Assembly: GCF_964204645.1 (NCBI RefSeq)
Contig: NC_134035.1
Location: forward strand, 10,014,451 to 10,078,450
Direction: 5' to 3'
Source: Tubulanus polymorphus
Taxonomy: Eukaryota; Animalia; Nemertea
Length of the DNA: 64,000 nucleotides
The position numbers and the translations under genes were made by a program. Within the stretch, counting starts at the first letter, position 1, and the number at the start of each line of letters is the position of its first letter. Below are positions 12,749-24,900 of this stretch, piece by piece. The notes under the pieces are model-generated. The model searched no databases. It saw only the letters and a program-made list of their open reading frames with translations, and was not told where the DNA came from.

Positions 12749-13607
12749 TTTAGAGAAATGGAGAAAAGAGAATATCTATCCTCGCGCCAACGACCGCCAC
12801 TTGCTGAATGAATAATTAATTATCTCGGGCACAATTAAAGAACTCATTATGTCAAAGGCATGAATAGTCGTTCTGAAACAGCTTGACTATAGATCACGTT
12901 CTTTTTAACATGATGAACTCTATACCGATGCGTGTTACATGTCATCGCATCAGATAATTCGGGCACCTTGACAACAAAGAATATTTACGAAAATTTTAAG
13001 ATTCATGTTATTTGATTTTGGACGCTGTGCATTTATTTGGAAAATGTCGAAAGAAGACTGATAAAGATCTTTTTGAATTATGAAAAATGCGTTGCATTTG
13101 TTTTTGTATTCAGGCAATACTTGGTTTTAATCAAAAGACATGGCTGGGAGTTACATATGCCTATAAATAAGTACCGTACTGGAAACCTGTAGGTATGAAT
13201 GGAGTATGAATATGCGTGAATGTGAGAGTGTGGGCGACTGGGCCCTTCAATAAGTTTATTTTAACTTCGTCCAGCGTCTTATATTACATTATTTTGTATC
13301 TGCCTCTACTTCATATTGTAATTTAAATCGCGAATAAAACATGTATATATAACCTTAAGTGTTTATATTGTCTCTTTCATAAAGTGCTACGGTTTTGGAT
13401 TTGGTAAAATTGTTGAAAAAAAACTGGCAATGTTCATGTCTTGTAGCCCGCACTTTCGAAAGCTTTCTCAACAAATCTACGTCGACTTCAGAATGATACA
13501 GGAAATGAATAGAAATCAATAATGAGTAATATTACAAGAACCTGGTTTAAGATCCGCTTGGATAACTGAAGAAAAAAGCCAAAATTATGAAAAAATGAGA
13601 GGATTGT

Positions 13608-13680
13608 TGTTTCGGCTGAATATGAGCCATTTTCAAAACCAGTTTTTTCATTTTTGAAAATGGTTCAATGAGTCGAAACA
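13608..13680. repeat. Hairpin resembling a Penelope-like element remnant
   Basis: tgtttcggct..gagccattttcaaaa...ttttgaaaatggttc..agtcgaaaca inverted repeat. Confidence 0.45.
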
Positions 13681-15978
13681 TCAATTGTTTTCTTAGTTTT
13701 TCTTCATTTTGATTTCTTCGATTCAATGAGAGACAGTCACTGCCTATGGAAACCCGACCAGGAAATCTTTTAAACGATTACCAGAAAACATTCGTCGAAT
13801 TTGGAAATTTAGTTGAGACGTCTGCGACTTTTGTTGAGAACTATAAAAAAAATCGTGTAGGAAAAAGCAATCAATTATAAACGTTGATAGATGAATAGAA
13901 ATGTCGCGACTGACATCATGTATTTACCAGCTGGTGAAAACCTTTCCGTAAAGGGCGACACTTTGTTTCTGAACCACCTTTAGACGAGAAAACATTGAGA
14001 TAAGAAAGGCAAATACTTAAGCTTCGAAACATGTGCGTCGTGGTAGATGGTAAAATGTCGAACGGCGGTTAATAGATGGATATCTCAATAATTGGCAATA
14101 AATTCTTTATTTTTGGCGCACCAAAACACATTTTTGAAGTAAATTCGACGTTCTTTTTTTCGTTATGGCGTTCTGTCGCCCTCACTAACATATCAGGGAT
14201 TTTACATTATGGCCCGAATCAACCACTATACTTTCTCACTCAGTGTATGATATCTATTTCACTGAAATTTGGAGAAAAGCTAATTAGCAATCAACTGAAA
14301 TGTAGAAGAACTTGAAGCGTGCTAATTGAGTAACCACTAGCGAACCTGGCGAATGGATCGTTTCAGATCCCTGGCTTGCCACAGCAGCGGTGCCGGTACG
14401 ATACTTACAATGAACAATAACTTTTTTTTCGATGGAATATTGATTTATAATCTATAATTTCTTGTCAATTGTCAATATTGATTAATGAATGTCTTGCGTA
14501 AGATTAATAGTCCACTAATGCGACGGATGTTAACGAATGGTTGCTTGCCATAGGTAAACGTTTTAAGCGAAGTCCAAATAACGTGTCCGATCTATATTTC
14601 CTATTATACACGTTACAGCTGGCACATGGCGACACATAGTCGCTTACAAGCACACATATATTGTCTTTTGTAAGATACTGATTTTTAACGAAACGCATAT
14701 CAGGAGTCGGTGTTAACGACCTCTAATCGTATTTAGAGAAATGCTGAAATCGCGCGGCATCATCGTTCACTAAGCTAAAGAAACGACTGTCGAACCTCAT
14801 CAAACTAGTTATGCGGCAAATGAGAGTTGATGCCAAGCGCGTTGAAAGTATTTGATAGAATCGCCAAAATAATTCTAATCTTCTTCATATACTTATAGAC
14901 TATTGATGAGTAACATAAGCGTAGTGCCAATCACCGGATAGCGTGAGTAAGGAACGAACGCTTGTCTCAGCAGTGACCATGAATTGAGCCGGTGCATCTC
15001 ACATCATCACACTCTACTTGTTGCATCGAATAACTCCAAAATCGTGAAAAAAAGGAGTAATGGACTCGTGAATACTGGACGGGAGAGTGATTGGGGAGAT
15101 TTGATAATACCTCGGACGAGAAGAAGGATTCAGCGTATAATCACGAGCGTCAAATATCTCGGTTCGAGGTTCACCGCGTAACTAGTCTCAATCTACCGTG
15201 TCGTTAGGCAGCAAAATGTCCACTTACCCCCTAACAGTCCTTTTTGGCTTGTCACTTAAGCGTAAGGAGCTAACAGGCTCGAAACATTTCGGATGAGAAA
15301 CATGGATGAATGGTACACGACCCTCTCTACAAAATATAGCTCGTCGAGCTATTGCCAGACATTGTTGCTTTGATTATCTCGCGAAAGTGACAATTTCTCC
15401 GATGAATATCTGCAGTGATACAGAAACATACATATTACACGCCATATCGAACGAGCAATATCAAAATCAATTGAATCTAATTAAGAAAGTGAAAGAGAGA
15501 GAGAGGGAGAGGGAGAGAAGTCAGTGCATTTTGTACATACTGTCGGCTGTCTGCATCAAAATAATCGGTTCCTTTGCGTTAGGATCTTATATGTCAAGTA
15601 AGCTTAATACACTGTCAAACGTTTGTATCCTCAGCGGCACTCTGTCATCGTTAACGTTATGAGCCTGATCGACCAGTTCCTTTGATCTCGCCGCCTGTGT
15701 TATGTTCGTCGGGTTGCGGCGCAGCCTCCACCTTCATCTGGAAACGTCAAAATTAGGCTCGTCGTCTCGCGGGATCGAGGGTTGTTTCCCAAGTAGCAGA
15801 CGCGTCTGAAAAGTTTACCCTCGCGCGGCGGTCGAGGACGTTATCAATCAAATAAAGTTCGCATGCTTGTTTATATGGTGTATAATATGTATATATCTAT
15901 AAAAACTCCATAAAAACTGTTATTTCTCGGAGTCACGTATTTTTGCGGAGATTTAATCGGATTTGACATAATCGCCTG

Positions 15979-16259
15979 GTACCGGTTGCATATAGTCAGG
16001 GCTTAGACTTACGACCGGTCTAAGACCGACTAAGATCTATAGCCAATCTAACAACTTAAGACCAGGGCCGGTTGCATAGTCATGGCTTAGACTTGAGACC
16101 AGTCTAAGAACAACTTAGTTCTATAGCCAGTCGAACAACTTAAGACCAATCTTAAGATTTAAGACCACTTTTGTATTTAAGTCATGACTGTGCAACTGGC
16201 CCCCTGTTAGATGATTTAAGACCACTTTTGGTCTTTAGTTTCGACTATGGAATCGGTTC
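15979..16259. mobile_element. MITE family A outer copy interrupted by a second family A copy
   Basis: Flanked by CTG (15976-78) and CTG (16260-62); its halves are separated by the inner element. Confidence 0.75.
16066..16203. mobile_element. MITE family A inner (nested) copy
   Basis: TIRs ggccggttgcatagtcatg / catgactgtgcaactggcccc, flanked by CAG / CTG. Confidence 0.8.
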
Positions 16260-18509
16260 CTGATGGTTAAAAAGACACTATATAAGAAATCCAATCTGCA
16301 TTCACTCCCTGCAGTGAGTGCCCATATTTTAACGAGCTTGCGGTTGCTTTTAGTTGATATTTTCTGCGAATTTCACTCAATGCGATGCATGTATGTCGTC
16401 ATGTTAGACATGTTTTTCCCGATATTTCTCCTGTATTTTGTCATCCGTCCCTGTGACACAATCGAAATATCAGCCCTACCATATAAAGACACAAAAGATT
16501 AAAACTGTAGCCAGTTCGAAAGTTGTCACGATTGAATAGATTTCTTGAGACACTTTGTACGTACATGAATTTCCCGTCGAAAACGCTTCTTCGAATAAAA
16601 GATTCGCATCTCGTTAGGTTCTGAGTCGGGTGTGAATAGAGAATAGACGTCATGAGAAGAGAACAACAAATGAGAAGAGAATAATATTCAAGTAGTTGAG
16701 GCGTTTAGAACCCGTTTCCGTTCTATCGCCCCACTCAGAAATCACGGTGGTGGTAGTAGTGGTGGTGACATGATTGACGTTTTTGTGAGAATGCGGATCG
16801 CAGTAAACCCATCGCAGCGTGTGTCTCGACTGTTTTGTCTGTCTGAGAGATTGTTTGGGAAAATACGACCGAGTTCATTCGGTGCTTATCGGCGACGCGG
16901 GAAGACTCGGTTTTTTAATCCTTCGGCGTCGATATTCATCATCGAGAGGCTTGCGCCGATTCGTTCGAGCGTGTGGGTCCCGACCGAGGGTCAACGCCCA
17001 TATTCATACTATAGTCTTATAGATATTTTTGAAGAGTATGGATTTTCTACAAAATCGGTTTGGTTACCAACGTGAAATATATGTAAACTTATTCATCTCA
17101 GAATTTCACCAAAATGTATCAATACACGTATCAATCTATATAGTATTATTTCATATGGGTGGTTTGAATAAGCAAATCCGCGTTAGATTTTCCAACTGTT
17201 AGATATTATGTTGACACATTATTTGAACTACAAAATTGACGGCGTTGGAAGTTCCGCGGTCGACTGGACAGCCGACGACAGGTCACGGGGTTGTCGAAGG
17301 ATGGGCCGGGGTAACTCGGGTACACTCCTGAAAGGTCGGATTTGACCGATGGCCACTGATTCAAATCCTCCCGCATGTCTTGGCCTTTACAAGTCGATAA
17401 TAAACGGCGTTAATTATATTGAAGGCGGCTCTTTTTAAGTATAATGGATTAACGACGAGAAGCCCTATCCCTCAATGATCTGGAAAATCAAAATAACGCC
17501 GTGTGTATATACGCGTTGAGACAAAGCTTGATGTCGTTGACAAATTTCAAGCGTCTTTAGAATCGTCCGCGACACACGAGAGAAAAAGACCGATCGCCGA
17601 ATGGAAACAAGTCGATCATTTAAAAATTCATATCCTTCATTGTATCCGGTTGAAAATATTGACAGCCAGTCGGTAAGAATTCGCCGCGCTGGCGGTAACT
17701 TCAAAAAGGTTCCGTCGACAAAAGAAACGACGACGTTGTCGCGTTCGGTGAATTCATTTACAATGTGTCAACTGCGTTTTGTGCCACTGACTGTACGTAC
17801 ATATAGAATTCGGAAGATATCTTTCATAAAAGAATATTTTCTTTTTTTCGAAAATGTATTTACGTGTGTAAACATATGAATCTATGATTTCGAGAATTGG
17901 AAGTATTGAGAAAGAATTTAGACAAAACGCCTTGTCCCAGAAACTCGTCCAAGAAAACAGCGATTACTGAAACATTAGACCATTGCCGGGTGGTTTAGTC
18001 TTATAAGGTTTGTTAATACAAAATAGATGTGGATAAAGTTTCGAGTGAGAAAGAGCCTCACACCACAATTCAGTTCTGGCCTCAAAAATTACTTTTTAAG
18101 AACAGTTTTTGACAAGGAAGGAAAAGCCTTCTTGTAGTTCAGTTCTTTTGTCAACACGTTTGAAAAGTGTCTTATTAAGAGACTGCCGTCAATTGAATAA
18201 AGTCGCAGCGGATATCCCCACTCAGGTGGTCAGGATACATCCCTATTCACACACACACACACACAAGACCACCGCCTTTGCAAACCGTTGATACTTTCTC
18301 ATATACAAAGCGAATTCGATTTTGGGTGAATAATATCATTCTCATTCGCTTCATAATCCATTCCACGAAGAAGCCTACGTCACAGCTTTAAATAAAAATA
18401 TATACAAGCCCGTTGACGCGGTCTAAATGATGATATCGGTTGTTAATTCCCGAAAGTAAATCAACTCTCTTGCGCCGAATCCGCGAAATCTGGCTAAAAA
18501 TTCAGCGAG

Positions 18510-18565
18510 GCGTTTGATTGGCAGGCGCGCAAACCCTCAGCAGTGGTGGCGAGACTTATAATACG
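18510..18565 (+). promoter_or_regulatory. Probable sFRP core promoter
   Basis: Inverted CCAAT (gattgg ~18516-21) and TATA-like ttataat (~18556-62) in a CpG-rich stretch ~360 nt upstream of the ATG. Confidence 0.4.
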
Positions 18566-18923
18566 CGAACGCACTGACTGGTTGAGTATAGTCGTAGTGA
18601 ATACTCGCGCAATTCAACAGTTCTCCGTAAACTCAGTCGAAAACTATGGCGCTCTGAACGATCGTTTTACGCGCGATGTTTTGATCTACCGATGGAATTT
18701 GACGCCAGTTTCGGATTAACGTCATAATAAACTGAATCAGCCAACGGATAACGATTCGCCGCGCATTCGAAGACGCCTCGGCTGAAAAGATGCATATTTT
18801 GTGAACGTCTCGAACAGCCAAACGACGAAGTCTTTTTAGAAAAAAAAATATCGGCGGTTTTGTTGTACATATATATTTACTTTCTCATCAAGAATTAGGA
18901 CTCGGAAAAGGCGAAACGGCAAA

Positions 18924-21900
18924 ATGGAGAATATATTCGATATATACTACGTTTTCGTGTTGATAATCGGGGTTTGCGCGGCAGCCACGCAGCCAGATCC
19001 TTACGAATTCAACTATCCATCGTCGTCGTCGTATATGGCCGATTTTGCCGAGCGCACTCCCGAAGATGACTGGGCCATGCTTAACGGCGGTCGATCTCAG
19101 CAACCGAAATGCGTCGACATTCCCAAGAATTTAACGCTGTGTCAAAACGTCGGATACCCTCGGATGCGGCTGCCGAATCTACTCGGCCACGACAGTCTGA
19201 TGGAGGTTACCCAGCAAGCCGGCTCGTGGAATGCTCTGTCGAATATAAAATGTCACGGCGACACCGAACTGTTTTTGTGTTCGTTGTTCTCGCCAGTTTG
19301 TCTGGACCGCGAAATCTGGCCGTGTCGGTCGCTGTGCGAGAGCGTCAAATCGGGCTGCGAGGCCCGCATGAACTCTTACGGGTTTCCGTGGCCTGAGATG
19401 GTGCACTGCGACAAGTTCACGGACAACGACCTGTGCATACAGGCGCAGACCGGGAACAAAATAGGTAATTCGACCAAAATCGGTGAGCTATACATTTATT
19501 TATTTCTCCGCGTGCTGGCCTGGTTGACGTTTGATATAACACGTGTGAGATGCAAATAACGCATGGCTAACAAGTATATCATATTCATGGTAACATATTC
19601 GAAAACAATCTTTGTTATTATATGCTCTATGTGCAGATTTGAATCCTATGCTATTTCTTATACGGAGATAGAAGTCGGTTAAAGGTATAATATACACAAG
19701 GTTGTTTTCGAATTGACGGTAAATATTTCAAATGCAGTTATCAGATCGATCCATGAACGTATCGCAGCTTTAAACCTTTAGTCCCGAAACGCGCTAATCC
19801 ACCCGATATCTAAAAATAACCAGTTCGATAATTTCATGTATATTCTACATAGAACGGCTTCGAATATTTTGATCCACGGGGGTAGATCTATAGGTAACCA
19901 GACGGGGCGAATTATCCCGGGCATTATTAGAGTACTAATGATCGGTCCAGAAGGTACGGGGTGGCACTAAGCCGGGATTATACACGCAAACCGTATTGAA
20001 AAATACAGTCAGGGACATGCCCGACACCGCAAGCGGTCGTTACGCTAATTAACACGGATTTAACCGTGGAACAAGTGTTAAAATTAAAGCGTAAAAGAGG
20101 ATTAACGTTGTGAGAGTCGTTAGTATTAATGGACATGTCAAAGTCTAATTCTCGTTATGTAATTATTAAAACAGGTGAACGTTAAGATTTAATTACGCAC
20201 CGATTACAATAGAATTACGTACGTACGTAATTACGCAGTTCATTAGAGAGATATAATCCGCGAAAAGTTCCACGGTTTTAAGTTATTATTCCTTCTCTCT
20301 TCGGCGATGTGGGCGTTACGAGAAAGGTGACCGTTTTCATCTAGAATCAAATCCATGCACAAAGTCTATTCCTGATGCATCGAATAAGTGTGATGCATAT
20401 ACTCGACTATACTGTTCTTGACTATATAGCGCGTATAGGCCCGGTATAAGCTTACAGATAACTGCATTTTCAATTTTCAGTTCAATTTTATAACGTTGTA
20501 ATCATGTATTATTTGTCTTTAACCGTTTGTGTTGTCTATTTGTTTATGTTGTTATTGTTGTAACTGTTGTCGTGTTCTGTTTTAATTCCTTAATTTTCTG
20601 TATTGTGTACGCGTTATAAAAGTTCCTAATCCGTTTCTTGTTTTTTCTAGTCCATTACCATCATATCTATCGTTATCGTTTACGTTTTTTTTTTCAGTTG
20701 AAACATTTCGCAATTTGAATGGATTGATAAGCTCTAGCACGATTATTGCAAATTGTTTATACAATCACTAAAATCGTATTATGAACTATACGTAACTTAG
20801 TTAACGAATCGAAACACATGAAAAAAGACGCGTTTAAAAAGTCTTCTGAGGGCCCAGTTGCTCAGTCGTGACTTAAGTCCGAAAGTGGTCTTAAATCTTA
20901 TGACTGGTCTTAAGTTGTTAGATTGGCTAAAGAACTGAGTTGGCCTTAGACTGGTATTGAGTCTAAGCCACGACTATGCAACCGGCCCCTGAAACGAGTC
21001 TTCGATAAGGCGTGCCTAACAATAGCGCGGTGCTAGGATGGGTGTCCCCGTTTTCGTGCGCAAAAATCCCACGGAAACCGATGAATGCGGCGGCCACCAA
21101 CTGATTACAAAAATACGTCATTTTTCCATATCATAATAATAAACTATCCGCGTATTATTTCGTCATACGCGTTTTGAATTGATCGACTCCGACGGTGCAC
21201 CAAATTGAACCCGGTGTTCATCAACCGATGTTCTGGTTATCCGTGTCGAATTGACTTGTATTATCGATAAACACGCGCCAGCCGATGAAACCCGGTGTTT
21301 GTACCTGCATACAACGGCTCCATCTCCCCCCGATCGATCGATAGAAAATTATACGACGATTGATGATGAAAAAATGAGAAACGTTATACGGTACCGACCG
21401 CAGAAAGTGTAAAGGTTATTATGTGTGATAAAACCTCACTACGTACAAATTTAGGAACAAAATTCATTTTTTCAAAAAAGATTTTAAAATCTAGAATTAA
21501 AAGAAAATCAAATTGTTTTTGAATGATAAATTTTGTCTTAAATTTCTACGTAGTGGGTTTTTATCATAAAAGCTATTCCCACGTCTAAGTGCACGGGCTA
21601 TTCTTCCTAAGTGTAAATTTCCATTACGTCTTGTATTCTTCGCATTTCAGAAGAATACGCACGTCGCTATACATTAGCTCCGTATTCGTTTCGAGTACCC
21701 CAACCCAGTTACCGAATTGTGACGTTTAAAAAGTAACTAAAATTCGGACGCGTCAAATCTAACGCGTAGCGCGACACCCTTGTACCTACAGGCCCGCATA
21801 CCTCGTACGTCATCGAAACGCGAGATCGGGGCCAATTTTTGTCTACCTACTTATCGTTTTCTAAAACACCGACAAAACCGACAAACACCGTCGCGTACAC

Positions 21901-24900
21901 ACCGCATTGAGAAATAATCCGGTACGGTTAAATCGAAATGTAAGAAAAGGTCAAGAACGAATACTCGATCTAAAATGTGGTGACAAGCGACGACCACGAT
22001 GTTTGAATTCCTACGCAATAAACGAGAACGAGCTCGCAACTAAAAACCGCGTTTTATGTAGCTTAAAAAAGAGAAAATCTTTGAAAAAAGTAATCCAACT
22101 TGACGCAAACATGATCAACAAATGTAAGCTTCAATCATTAATCTAACGACATAGTACATCTAGGAAACTTGATTTACAATATTGCTTCGTGATTTGTGTT
22201 GGTTGCGAATGCTTCACGAAATATCTCTAATTTAAATCGCTAAATTCATCATATGCATATTAGTATGTTTTTAACAAATATTTACCCTAATACCTTATTC
22301 TATATCACGTACGTTATTATATGACTTGATCGTTACGTATTGAATCGAATGAAACTATTACGAACTAAGAAAGTAAAATCTAGTTTTTTTTTAATTACCA
22401 TAAATCATATTCGTACTCTAGCACACAGAAATGGATGTATTGCGCGTACATTATTTGTATATTCATGTGGCGTGACGACCCTCCCAACATTGTCTGTCCT
22501 GTGAACCTCTCTCTGTACAGTATTCTTCAATCGTCCTCTATTCTTTTCACGTTAATAAACGTACGATTGTTCGTTCACCCCCTGTGTCTGCTATAGCTCC
22601 GCGGGTCTGTAAGGATAATCGCCGTGAAATCTTGCGGCCAAGATTTACGAAGTGTTAATTTTCGCGACAGACACACTCATACACAGACAATCGTTCGTTT
22701 CTATGTATTGTTTCGCGTTCGTGTGAGCGATTATAACTTTAAAGACTTCTTATTCGAACTTCTTTTCAGACGATCGAATATGTGCGCCATGTCGGGAACC
22801 GGATACGTTCGAAGGCATAGTAGACAATTATTGTCGCGCGGAATTCGGTAAGTTCAGCCGACTGTGATGACTGACAGTCCTGTCCACGAGGGGGCCTCTC
22901 TAAAACCATTCCCATACACTACACCTGCGCGCCTCGCATAGGGACGGTGCGGGTTTTTTGTAGAATGAAACATGCCGGTAGCACGGAAACAAGGGAATTA
23001 AATTAAAAGTTTATTGATGCCTTGAGAAATAACACACGGCTTGCATATAAAACGCTTGGTATTGTCGATAATGAATATCATCATGAATAAAGGATCAATG
23101 AACTTATCTTGAATTTGAATACATTGACGATTGAATTGAATTGAATTTATTTGATTCCACTGGCAACCAGTCCCAATATTGGCAACGGAGTGTATACGTC
23201 CACTCACGCAATAATTAAAATTGCACGAAAATCAATTAGATAGAAGATAAGAGTCATGAAATCTAATTGATTACAAAGTAAACGCCAATGTTCAGCTTTT
23301 GTATCTAATCGTTATTTTGGAACGCCAATATTGACGACGTAGTGCACATCGACTCACAAAATACCCTTGAATAACGATTTAGAGAGTTATCAATATATAC
23401 ATTATTTCAACGGTTTTCACGGCGTCGTAAATACGTTTGGGATTCATACTGCGTAATGATGGACGCATAGATCCATGCATAAAAGACATATTACTTGAAC
23501 AACCTACTATACCATCACCGTGGGACTCAAATGATGATACCGGAGACGCCCTTAGTGTCAAGAATGTTAAAACATTTTTCCTCTTCGTGTTTCAAAAATG
23601 TTCACATCCAAAACGTAGTTTTGCGTCCACCCAAGGCGTCAACAAAGCACCGCAATCGCACCATACACAGTGAAGTGTATGTGTTAATTATATTTTATAG
23701 CGAATTCAAGACCCTCGAAAAACATCCTCTTTAATCACTGAAAACCAGGTTAATAACACTTCACCAAATACTAAATGAATGTCGAACGCGTTCACTCCTC
23801 TATAGTCATTTCATTGTTCATTTTTTTGAATAAGCTTCGACAAACTGGGTTTTAGAGGATTTTTTTAGACTCGACGAAAGATGATTTCCATAACAGGTCA
23901 ACAGGCATTTGAATTAGATTTCCAACGAATCAACCACAGCAGACACGGCAGTACAGAAAACTAGAGACATATAACCGTGTTTTCCTTTTTGTCAAATACG
24001 ATCCATAGAAAAGATTTTTTTAAACTGCCAAGTAGAGTTTATTATTAAGAATATAAAAAAGTGGTACCAATGGTATGGGAAATTCGTCAAAAGATTAGTT
24101 TTCATTACCCTAACCCCGTCCAAAATACCCGTTGATGGAAAAGCTATTTATTCAGTTACGTTAAACTCATCTGCATTCGGTGGCCAGAATTGAAGTAGGA
24201 ATTTGTGAGCTGATTAGTAATGATTCAAGAATTTCTGATTTCTCTTTTTAATCGACCCAATCGACAATTTTGCAATACGTTGTTTAGAGAGAGAGAGAGA
24301 GAATATGGTAATTTTTTCTATACGTTTTTTATTATCAAGACGTGTAAGGTGGCACTTAAACGGAAAACTTTACGGGGTTTAGTTCGAGAATGAGTAGTTG
24401 TCGATGTACTTAAAGTTCCCCCGATGCTGTCTTGTTGTACGTGGATTTATTGGCGCACGATATTGCCTAGACAGCGGGATAGTCGAGAACGTTTACAGGT
24501 GTTCCATTCGTGAGAACGAAATTAATGGAATACGTCAGCAAAACGTAAATTTTCACCGTTGGATAATAACTGACAACACAAATCAAATCGACCGTACGAA
24601 CAAGCTTCCGTCGTTTTCAAAGAAAAACCGCGCCGAACACGCGTTCCTTCCACTGGATATAGGATCTCCGATATAAATAATTACAATTAAGATACATTCG
24701 CGTATCATTTCGTGTGATACAGTCACTCAGGAAAACGAAAAAAAAACAGTTCTCTTATTTTTCGACGCAATGTACCCAGTGTTGCAGTTCACGTGGTTAG
24801 GTTCGATTCTATCTTCGGTTCCACAGTCATGGCTTAGACTTAAGGCCAGTCTTGGGCCATCTTAGTTCTAGTAAATCTTACAACCAGCGTTTAGTCAAAC

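Noticed and set aside
15979-16259. Regularly spaced ttaagacc repeats resembling a CRISPR array
   Set aside because: They are internal repeats of a dispersed TIR element in a eukaryotic genome; no unique spacers or cas genes.
21025-21052. 5S rRNA-like fragment (gtgctaggatgggtgtcc)
   Set aside because: Too short and diverged; at best a SINE relic.
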